Origin: a virus
Lineage: Duplodnaviria; Caudoviricetes
Length of the DNA stretch: 44,270 nt
Strand: one strand, 5' to 3'
IMG/VR virus record: IMGVR_UViG_3300032227_000337
Span: 1-44,270 of that record
Shown: in pieces, positions 16,730 through 24,236 of the stretch
Position numbering within the stretch: the first letter of the stretch is position 1
Layout: each line of letters opens with the position of its first letter
Notes under the pieces: generated by a model
What the model saw: the letters and a program-made list of their open reading frames with translations, nothing else
Database searches by the model: none
Told to the model about the DNA's origin: nothing
Made by a program: the position numbers and the translations under genes

Positions 16730-17038
16730 ATGAAACACAAACACTACGATTGCATCGTTGCTTGGGCTGAAGGTAAACAGATTCAAACGCTACAGGGCGA
16801 TGGTAAATGGTCGGACAGAGAGCATCCTCTTTGGGCTGACGGTATGATCTACCGCATCAAGCCTGAACCCAAGCCTGATGTTGTTGTGTACAGCCGAGTC
16901 GTCGGTAAGTTTTTAATTGGGTGCGATGGTATTGAAATCCAACAATTGATACTGCGACCCCAAGCAGACAACCCAAACATTAAATACACATTTGACGGTG
17001 AATGGGGCAAGCTGAAATCAGCGGAGGTAATGCCGTGA
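16730..17038 (+). CDS. Phage hypothetical protein (KHYDCIVAWAEGKQIQ...YRIKP type)
   Basis: Likely ATG start at 16730 with an AAGGA RBS after a hairpin; 3' part of the listed ORF 16511..17038. Confidence 0.75.
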   Translation: MKHKHYDCIVAWAEGKQIQTLQGDGKWSDREHPLWADGMIYRIKPEPKPDVVVYSRVVGKFLIGCDGIEIQQLILRPQADNPNIKYTFDGEWGKLKSAEVMP

Positions 17039-17286
17039 TAGACCTAACACCTAATGCACTTGAGGAAACTCTTTTATCTTTGTGGAACGCAATTGATGAG
17101 TTGGGTGAGCGCATTGCAGTACGCCCGACACGGTTGGTTGTTCCACGCAAGATGTTACGTAAGGCAATATTTATCATGCGTAGTAAGCACAAGGCGCACC
17201 TGATGCCGTTTAAACAACGCAAGGCAACACGCAGAGCTAAGGCTAGACAACACGCATCATTTATGACACCGAGGTGGGCGACATGA
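17035..17286 (+). CDS. Small protein resembling a major-capsid fragment, with a basic tail
   Basis: GTGA overlap start with a GGAGG RBS; DLTPNALEETL...DELGERIAVRPTRLVVP. Confidence 0.65.
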   Translation: MIDLTPNALEETLLSLWNAIDELGERIAVRPTRLVVPRKMLRKAIFIMRSKHKAHLMPFKQRKATRRAKARQHASFMTPRWAT

Positions 17287-17528
17287 ACAAACGATTAAAA
17301 GAGTTGGCGCGTCAAGCCAAGCAATCAAACCCAAATTTAATTTGGGAGGACGCAGACCTTGAACGTTTTGCCGACCTTGTGCGCCAAGACTATCTGCGTG
17401 AACTTAAAGCGTTGAAGCCTGTGGCGTATTACAACAAAAAGTACGACACTGTTATCACAGCTTATGAGCTGGGCAACCATGTAGATAGCAGTGACGTACC
17501 ACTCTACGCACTAGAGGTGACGAAATGA
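17283..17528 (+). CDS. Phage hypothetical protein (MNKRLKELARQA...LERFADLVR type)
   Basis: ATGA-coupled; common phage small-protein pattern. Confidence 0.75.
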   Translation: MNKRLKELARQAKQSNPNLIWEDADLERFADLVRQDYLRELKALKPVAYYNKKYDTVITAYELGNHVDSSDVPLYALEVTK

Positions 17529-17899
17529 GCCGTGAAATCATGCAGCAAGCGTTGGATGCTTTGACACTTGAGTGTTGCGACAATAATGGTAATCCTGTTG
17601 ATTTAATACAACCTGCTATCGCAGCACTTGAGCAAGAGTTAGCCAAGCCTGAGCCTAAATTAACTGACGCAGGTGCAGATACAAACATTACACGGGGGCT
17701 AGAACCAAAAGGGTCTGGCATGGTGACGTTGAATCAGGTTGGTATGCGTGTAGATTTGAAAGATGCACCACCACGCAAGCCGTGGGTCAATCTGACGGAT
17801 GAAGAAGTAAACCTGATTTACGCAGAACCACAAACTCACGTTGGTCAATATGCAAGGGCTATCGAAGCCAAGCTCAAGGAGAAGAACGATGTCATTTAA
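17525..17899 (+). CDS. Modular hypothetical protein with WxxLTDEE...AIEAKLKEKN C-terminal module
   Basis: Coupled ORF; shares its C-terminal module with the next two genes. Confidence 0.75.
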   Translation: MSREIMQQALDALTLECCDNNGNPVDLIQPAIAALEQELAKPEPKLTDAGADTNITRGLEPKGSGMVTLNQVGMRVDLKDAPPRKPWVNLTDEEVNLIYAEPQTHVGQYARAIEAKLKEKNDVI

Positions 17900-18386
17900 A
17901 GACCTTGAACAAAAACACAACCTAGTCAACATGGTAATACTGGCTTGCGGCAAGCACCCCACTGATGCTGACATTAACCCACTGCTTGAAGAACGACTTG
18001 AGCGATTTTACGAAGACGCAGTTATTGAAGGCATGGCAAAGCAGATGCACTCAAGCGTTGACCGTGCGGTCAATGCAATGGGCAAAGAGTCCACCAAGCC
18101 TGAGCAAGCTGTTGTTCCTTTCCCGTCATTTATGAGAAAGCGGATTGAGCAAGCTATTGACTTGGCAATCAACCCAAAGGGCATGAGTGTTCACGATGGC
18201 AAAGCAACGGTGTATGCGTCTGACCTACAGCGAATGATTGCCGTAATTGACTTAGCACCACCACGCAAAGAATGGGTCGGGTTGTCAGTCAATGAGGGTC
18301 GTGACTTCTTTGAAAGCAAACTGACAAGAGCGGAATTGATTACTGAAATCAGCGAATTTTTAGAGGAGAAGAACAATGCCGTTTAA
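17889..18386 (+). CDS. Modular hypothetical protein (PPRKEWVGL...EEKN C-terminal module)
   Basis: Likely ATG start at 17889 with an AAGGAG RBS. Confidence 0.7.
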   Translation: MSFKDLEQKHNLVNMVILACGKHPTDADINPLLEERLERFYEDAVIEGMAKQMHSSVDRAVNAMGKESTKPEQAVVPFPSFMRKRIEQAIDLAINPKGMSVHDGKATVYASDLQRMIAVIDLAPPRKEWVGLSVNEGRDFFESKLTRAELITEISEFLEEKNNAV

Positions 18387-18561
18387 ACCGCACCCAACAG
18401 ACCCCACAAAGGTTATTTATAAGACGAGCGAGTACTGGATACCCAAGCCGTGGCAAGGACTGACGGATGATGAAGTTGATTTAATTTTGTGGCAGGGCGT
18501 TTTTGATGCTAAAGATGTTCGTGCTATTGAAACGAAGCTCAAGGAGAAGAACGGTGGCTAA
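18376..18561 (+). CDS. Modular hypothetical protein (PWQGLTDDE...AIETKLKEKN)
   Basis: 61 aa, GAGGAG RBS. Confidence 0.7.
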   Translation: MPFKPHPTDPTKVIYKTSEYWIPKPWQGLTDDEVDLILWQGVFDAKDVRAIETKLKEKNGG

Positions 18562-18916
18562 GTTACCCTACACCTACACCATCGTGCCACCCAACGACCC
18601 ACCACGGTCTAAATTCACGGCGGGGTCTAGTGAGTTAGGCATGTTACTCAAGCACAGCAACTACGCTGACCTGACGATCAATCAGAAACGCGACGGCATG
18701 TTCCAAGCGTGGAACGAGGGCGTGTGTGGTACGCCGATTGAGTTGTCTGTGCGTGAATTAAAGTATCAACCAAAGCTCAAGTGGCAGTTACGCACAAAAG
18801 ACGACTGCATGAAGATGCACCTGTATTTTAAAAAGCTAGGCAATCAAATGACTGCTGCGCAGTACCTGTACGAGTACGAACACTATGATGAGTTAACTGA
18901 TGAACATCCCCGCTGA
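18554..18916 (+). CDS. Hypothetical protein
   Basis: Likely GTG start at 18554 (VAKLPYTYTI) with an AAGGAG RBS. Confidence 0.65.
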   Translation: MAKLPYTYTIVPPNDPPRSKFTAGSSELGMLLKHSNYADLTINQKRDGMFQAWNEGVCGTPIELSVRELKYQPKLKWQLRTKDDCMKMHLYFKKLGNQMTAAQYLYEYEHYDELTDEHPR

Positions 18917-19004
18917 CTTGCCCGAGTGGATGCTGTGGTTTTACGGCGCATGGTGCGTATTTTTAATATTTTTAAAATGGTGGTTTAAAGATGGCAAATA
19001 TTAG
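18900..19004 (+). CDS. 34-aa single-TM membrane peptide
   Basis: Manual translation MNIPADLPEWMLWFYGAWCVFLIFLKWWFKDGKY; overlaps both neighbours. Confidence 0.5.
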   Translation: MNIPADLPEWMLWFYGAWCVFLIFLKWWFKDGKY

Positions 19005-19272
19005 CGATTTTCAAAAGAAGTTTTTTGCCCGTGGTACCGGCGCTACGCTATTCACGCAGGAGGAGTTTGATAATGCATTGGCACTTGCCCAGGCGCAAAT
19101 CATGAAAGTGGCTGTTGATACAACCAAGACCGCCATCGCAATTGAAAGAGAGGAATGCGCCAAGATTGTTGACGCAATGCGCAAAGGCCTTGAGGGGATA
19201 GACACTCCAATGGTGCTCGACGTGGCGCTCGAGCAGCTTGCAACCCAGATTCGCAACAGATTAAAGAAATGA
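18991..19272 (+). CDS. Hypothetical protein (EREECAKI...IRNR type)
   Basis: 93 aa; common phage motif. Confidence 0.75.
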   Translation: MANISDFQKKFFARGTGATLFTQEEFDNALALAQAQIMKVAVDTTKTAIAIEREECAKIVDAMRKGLEGIDTPMVLDVALEQLATQIRNRLKK

Positions 19273-19418
19273 CCGAAGACGACCTGCTAGATTTATACGC
19301 CCTCTTTGCTATGCTCAAGATGAACTGGGATAAGGGGAATGAAACTCAAGACGCTGATGATTGTTACACGATCGCCCGCGCTATGCTTTTGGCTAAAGAA
19401 CGCTCAAGGAAAACATAA
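19269..19418 (+). CDS. 49-aa protein, possible paralog of 7989..8201
   Basis: Manual translation MTEDDLLDLYALFAML...ADDCYTIARAMLLAKE; ATGA-coupled. Confidence 0.6.
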   Translation: MTEDDLLDLYALFAMLKMNWDKGNETQDADDCYTIARAMLLAKERSRKT

Positions 19419-19419
19419 A

Positions 19420-19620
19420 ATGGATAATAATTTTAGTTTAAATGAAAATCATCAACCATACGCGCCCGCCTCTGCAACGAGCGTTCAGCGCACTTGGAAA
19501 AGGGTATGCAATTGGGTGCCTCCATCAAAAGATGAGGTAACAATTGCCAAGTGGGACTATTACAAGTCTCTTGCCATGCGCAGTGAAACCGCCCTTCAAT
19601 TTACAAAGGAACCAAGGTAA
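19420..19620 (+). CDS. Hypothetical protein
   Basis: Likely ATG start at 19420 with an AAGGA RBS (YAPASATSVQRTWKR). Confidence 0.65.
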   Translation: MDNNFSLNENHQPYAPASATSVQRTWKRVCNWVPPSKDEVTIAKWDYYKSLAMRSETALQFTKEPR

Positions 19621-19844
19621 TGTTAAGCAATATTGAAATCAAGAGCATCTTTTTAGAATGCGAGAATGAAGACCCGAACGGGATGTACGCTGATGATGTG
19701 GACATCTTTGAGTATGGCCGCGCAATTGAAAAGGCCGTACGAGACGACGAGCGCCGGGCTTGCATCACGCTAGTCAAGTCACTGAACCACGAGGTCGCTC
19801 GTGCACTTGAAGACTATCGACGCCTGTCTGACAAAGTTGAATAA
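19620..19844 (+). CDS. Hypothetical protein
   Basis: 74 aa, TAATG overlap; last gene of the rightward cluster. Confidence 0.7.
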   Translation: MLSNIEIKSIFLECENEDPNGMYADDVDIFEYGRAIEKAVRDDERRACITLVKSLNHEVARALEDYRRLSDKVE

Positions 19845-19873
19845 AAAAAAGCCCTCGGTGTTTAGCCGAGGGC
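19843..19873 (-). terminator. Rho-independent terminator of the late operon (between convergent operons)
   Basis: GCCCTCGG/CCGAGGGC stem next to an A8 run (U8 on the - strand). Confidence 0.8.
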
Positions 19874-19902
19874 AAACAACCCTGAACAGGTTGAGGAGAT
19901 AT

Positions 19903-21435
19903 TTACCTTTTCACGCCCGGCATGACGGAGTAAGTGGTCGGATCAAAAGACTTTGGTAACCCGATCTGCTTTTGCAAGAATTTATGAATCTCTGGCGCAT
20001 ATTTATCATAGTAATATAGCCCAGCGGTGGTGCCTATATCAATACCAAGCCCCGCCAAAGCGCCCGCTATTGAGGTCTTCAAAATTGTTGGAAGTTGAAG
20101 CGTAGCGCCTGCCCCCGCAATAAACGCACCGATTGGGTCACCTGTTTCTTTACGGCGGTATGCGTCATGCATCAGCTCTGCGGTTGACATTGCATTGAGC
20201 ACACCGCCAGCAATTGGAAGCGCTCGAGCGGTCATCTCAACGGCAGGCCCGAACGGCGGTAGGGCGCCACGTTTTTCAACCATGCGAGCCTGCTGCGTTT
20301 CAATAAATGGTCTGTGTTTTTCGCTGATAATGCCCTGCAAAGTCAGGTCTTCTAACAGCTTATCAGCAGCACTTGTGGCGCTCCTAGCCGCACCAGCACG
20401 ACCTGCTTGGCTTTCACGCAAGACACGGTCCGATTCGTTGAAGCGCAGATCATTGATAAGCTGTTGTTGTGCCGCACGCGCCGCTTCTGCTTGCTGCTGT
20501 TGCAGTAAACGCGCCGCCTCAGCTTCTACTGCAGCCCTCTCAGCAGGCGTCAGGGTCGCCGCTACCTGCTGCTGAGGGGTTTGGGTAGCGTTAATTACGT
20601 TCATGTCTTTAGCGGGCAGTAGCACACGCCCTGTGACCGTTGGCTCATGCTCACCTGCTTCAAGCATCATGCGTACATAGCCCTTGCCAACACCAAGCTC
20701 TTGGGCAAGACGGTCAACCATCTTCATCTGGTCGCCCTGTGACAAACTGCGGTAGTGCGCTGACTCGTGCTGAGATATCTCACGAGCCGCTGAGCCGCCC
20801 GTGGGGCTTGGGTACATGTCGCCATAGTTAACCGTTACCCCCGGCACTGTAATGGATGGCACAGGTGGGTTAGCCGCGGTGATCGCCCTTGACGCAGCAT
20901 CTAAGCGCGTCTCAGGCGCCGTCTTGCCACCACCGAGAGTAACGAACCTAGTCAATGCGTTTTGCTCACCTTGGCGTGCCATCTCTAGGGCACGGCGGGC
21001 AGCCTCCTCTCGAGTGCGCAGGCTTTGCGTGGTGACATCTGCTACACCAGCATCCGAGCGGTACTGATCTAATAAATCACGCATCTTGAGCCGCTCAAGC
21101 TCTGCCTGCTGACCGGGCTGTGACATCAACTGAAAACTAGTCAGCGGCTTACCCATCCCGCCCGTGTTGACGGCAGAGGACTTGATGTCATACTCTTTTG
21201 GCACATCTTTAAAGTGCAGAATGTTACGACCTTGAGCACCCGCCCCTACGGCGGCACCCGTCGCAATAGCCGCGGCACGCCCCATCTGACTAGGTGGCTC
21301 GCGTGGCGTGGTTTCTGCTAAATTCGCTTGATCAGCGGCAATCATCTCGCCAGTGCTTATTGAAGGTATATCTTTGACTGGCTCTCTTAAAAAATCATTG
21401 GGGTTGATAGCTAAGGGATCAAATTTTTCAGACAT
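19903..21435 (-). CDS. Putative ejection/internal virion protein
   Basis: 510 aa, Ala/Gln-rich, hydrophobic Gly-Ala C-terminal helices; last gene of the virion operon. Confidence 0.55.
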   Translation of the reverse strand: MSEKFDPLAINPNDFLREPVKDIPSISTGEMIAADQANLAETTPREPPSQMGRAAAIATGAAVGAGAQGRNILHFKDVPKEYDIKSSAVNTGGMGKPLTSFQLMSQPGQQAELERLKMRDLLDQYRSDAGVADVTTQSLRTREEAARRALEMARQGEQNALTRFVTLGGGKTAPETRLDAASRAITAANPPVPSITVPGVTVNYGDMYPSPTGGSAAREISQHESAHYRSLSQGDQMKMVDRLAQELGVGKGYVRMMLEAGEHEPTVTGRVLLPAKDMNVINATQTPQQQVAATLTPAERAAVEAEAARLLQQQQAEAARAAQQQLINDLRFNESDRVLRESQAGRAGAARSATSAADKLLEDLTLQGIISEKHRPFIETQQARMVEKRGALPPFGPAVEMTARALPIAGGVLNAMSTAELMHDAYRRKETGDPIGAFIAGAGATLQLPTILKTSIAGALAGLGIDIGTTAGLYYYDKYAPEIHKFLQKQIGLPKSFDPTTYSVMPGVKR

Positions 21436-21440
21436 TTTTA

Positions 21441-23057
21441 TTACTCCTGAGTGCCCGGTGCTCTTGCCTGAATTTGTGCAATTTTTGCTTCATACTCTTT
21501 TTGAGCTTTTGTAAATGGAGATTTTGGGCTTGTAAAGTATTCAGCGGGGTGTCTTCCAACATAACTGCTGAGTCCTTTGACTGCGGAGTACTCAAACTGC
21601 GTCTGAACAAGTCGTTGTTGCGCCCAGTAAATTGTATTCGCAGCCAGATTACTAGTCGTCGCAGATGCCAATTCATATAGGATACGATCAGAGTCAGTTG
21701 GGTTAAGACCCAGCGCACGACCTGCACCTTGGATGCTTGCAATCAGCCCACTTGCAATGGTTCTTCGCACCTCATTAAATGCGGCACGCTCTTCTTTAGT
21801 AAATTTTTCTACGCGCATCATTTCTTCAATTGGCGCTGAGATAGAGCCATAATTACCAATTTTTAGACCTTCCTGAGCGCCCGCGCCCAAACTCCGTATG
21901 CCATTGACAATAGAGCCCATAACCGTGCCATCAGAGTTTGGATCCTTTTGCTGAAGTAAGCCAACTACTCTTTCAAATTTTGGGTTGGATAGAATTTTAA
22001 TTGTGTTGGTCAGGTCGCCAATTTGAGTTGTTAATTGATTTGGGTTTGCATCAATCAGAGAGGCTCTCTTTTTGCTCCACGACTCCATCTCAGCCTTACC
22101 CATGTTGCGCAAACTTTCTTCGTAAGTCTTCTGCTCTTCAGCCGCGAAGGCTGACATGTCCTTGTCAATTTTTTCTTGAGGCGTTCCCGCAGGGAATGAC
22201 ATGACCCTACCACTCGCTAACTGATATTGAGTGTCAGACAACTTTGTATAACCACCTGCTGTTGATGCCACCGATTCTTTTGCTGGTGGCGTGTCGGCTC
22301 TGCCTCGCTGCTCTTCAATTTCTTCAGGTGTTTTGGGCGTACGAGCTTCATCAATGCCCGGAACCACGCCGGGTGGCAATGGCTCAAATCGAGGCGGCCC
22401 GCTAGTCAGGTTAGGGTTGATGCCGCCAGTTGTTGCGGGTCTATTTGGCGCAAAAGTGCCGGAAGTATTACCCGGCTTGGCGCCGTATTTATACACAGAC
22501 TCAACTTGTTGAGTGCTCAGTGTGCCTTGCTTAATTCCAAGCTCAAGCATCTCTTGTTGAGTCTTGAGCAACCTGTCAATTTTTGCCGCTGCCTCTGTGC
22601 CCGACGGCGCCTCTATCTGTGCTCGCACTAGAGCTCGATACAACTGAGGGTTTCCAAATGCGCCTTCAGGTGATGAAATGGATTGCATAATATCCCCCAC
22701 ATTGCCGCCGCCAATTGCATTCAGCAATGCTTTATTGGATTCTTGCTCTTTCTGCATCTGGTACTTCTGACCGACTAACTGCGCACGCATCTGGGCTATT
22801 GGCAAGGCTTGTTGTTCTTCCAATTCGCGTTGCTGTCCGATCACACCCATTGCGCGACCAAAACCTTCGGCAGCGCTACCCGTGCGACCGGGGTCAGCCA
22901 AGGCTGCAGAGATCTTAAACCAAGGTATAGAGCTGCCCCTGTTTTCAAGCGCCGCCAAGACCTTCTCAACCGACTCGGAGTACTGCTTCTGAATATCTGG
23001 ACTAGCCGCTCCTATGCCTGTTGGTAGGGTTGGGAGTGCTGCTGTTGGGAGAGCCAT
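21441..23057 (-). CDS. Putative ejection (DNA transfer) protein
   Basis: 538 aa helical protein in the position of podoviral DNA-injection genes. Confidence 0.55.
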   Translation of the reverse strand: MALPTAALPTLPTGIGAASPDIQKQYSESVEKVLAALENRGSSIPWFKISAALADPGRTGSAAEGFGRAMGVIGQQRELEEQQALPIAQMRAQLVGQKYQMQKEQESNKALLNAIGGGNVGDIMQSISSPEGAFGNPQLYRALVRAQIEAPSGTEAAAKIDRLLKTQQEMLELGIKQGTLSTQQVESVYKYGAKPGNTSGTFAPNRPATTGGINPNLTSGPPRFEPLPPGVVPGIDEARTPKTPEEIEEQRGRADTPPAKESVASTAGGYTKLSDTQYQLASGRVMSFPAGTPQEKIDKDMSAFAAEEQKTYEESLRNMGKAEMESWSKKRASLIDANPNQLTTQIGDLTNTIKILSNPKFERVVGLLQQKDPNSDGTVMGSIVNGIRSLGAGAQEGLKIGNYGSISAPIEEMMRVEKFTKEERAAFNEVRRTIASGLIASIQGAGRALGLNPTDSDRILYELASATTSNLAANTIYWAQQRLVQTQFEYSAVKGLSSYVGRHPAEYFTSPKSPFTKAQKEYEAKIAQIQARAPGTQE

Positions 23058-23079
23058 GATTTATTCCTTAATTATTTAC

Positions 23080-24234
23080 TTAACCAGCTATCCTGCTATC
23101 GTCGCCAGTTTGCGGCAAATCGCCATAACCACTATTGCCACCAAAGGTTGGGCTAGGAGTTGATGATCCACTACCAAAGGTCTTGCTCAACCAATCGCCA
23201 ATATTAGTAATTGTGCTAGCTCCGCCGCTTGAAGGTGTCTGAAACAACCCAGCAATACCAGAACCCAACGATCCAAGCTGCATGAGCGGCGAGGTCTGGT
23301 ACGCGTTGGGTATCGGGCCTGTATAGGTAGACGACACAGACGTTGGGATCGTGAACCCTTTCATCAGAGCCGCCTGCTGAGCCGCAACCTGCAGCGGGAA
23401 CAGTTGCTGATTCTGCGCCATCTGCTGCTGCTGACCGCCCATCGTGCTCAGCGCGTTCACGTCGCCCATGCCCAAGTTCTGCGTCGTGGTGCCTAGCATG
23501 CCCATCTGGGCGCCGCCCGCCATCTGGCGCGTAAGATCCGCCTGTGCCGCCGTCATCGCGTTCTGGTAGCCGCTTGCGAGCAGACCCTGCTGCTGACCGC
23601 CGAGCGTCTGTAACGCCCCTGTGACGTTCTGCCCAAGCACGTTAGCGCCGCGGGTTGAGCCAAACTGACCGCTACCGACCGCGCCCGCGGTTGCTTGGGG
23701 AGATATTGTATTGCGAATGTTCTGCAGACCTAAGCGACCTGCTTCGTCAACGACGCTGCTGATGTACGGGTTCATGTAGCCCGCGGCGATGTCAGGCGCA
23801 CCAGTCGTTGCAGCGTTCATCGTGAGCGCGTTAGCCGAGGCTAGATTAGGCTGGTAATTGCCCACGTTTGCAGCCGTCTGATTAAACGCCTGCTGCTGCA
23901 GGGGCTGCGCACCGACATACTGGGCATTCGCCCCCGCCGCTGTGCTTGCGCCAGCTAGGTTGTTCAAGTAGTCCATGTACCACGCAGGCGCAGCGGTAGC
24001 CTGCTGCTGCGTAGTCGTGATGTTAGGAAGTGCTGCACCCTGAGTGAATGATCCGCCTGAGGGCGTAGAAGGCGTGCCTAGCTGAGGCGGCGTCACATAG
24101 TTAGACGGCGCGGCGGTTAGGTTTGGACCCGTCGCGGCATTAAAAGTCGGACCCGGCGCTGCCGCGGCCGCTGCAGTCAGTGGGGAAACTGGCACAGACG
24201 TCGGGTCAAATGTATTTAGATTGATGTCAGCCAT
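23080..24234 (-). CDS. Putative ejection/pilot protein
   Basis: Gln/Ala/Gly-rich; YMNPY and GQFGSTR motifs; amphipathic Gly-rich C-terminus. Confidence 0.6.
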   Translation of the reverse strand: MADINLNTFDPTSVPVSPLTAAAAAAPGPTFNAATGPNLTAAPSNYVTPPQLGTPSTPSGGSFTQGAALPNITTTQQQATAAPAWYMDYLNNLAGASTAAGANAQYVGAQPLQQQAFNQTAANVGNYQPNLASANALTMNAATTGAPDIAAGYMNPYISSVVDEAGRLGLQNIRNTISPQATAGAVGSGQFGSTRGANVLGQNVTGALQTLGGQQQGLLASGYQNAMTAAQADLTRQMAGGAQMGMLGTTTQNLGMGDVNALSTMGGQQQQMAQNQQLFPLQVAAQQAALMKGFTIPTSVSSTYTGPIPNAYQTSPLMQLGSLGSGIAGLFQTPSSGGASTITNIGDWLSKTFGSGSSTPSPTFGGNSGYGDLPQTGDDSRIAG

Positions 24235-24236
24235 GA

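Noticed and set aside
23500-23530. QMAGG in the 384-aa ejection protein as another motif copy
   Set aside because: The spacing does not fit [hydrophobic]-[A/K]-x-GG and the protein is Gly-rich, so a chance match is likely; not counted.
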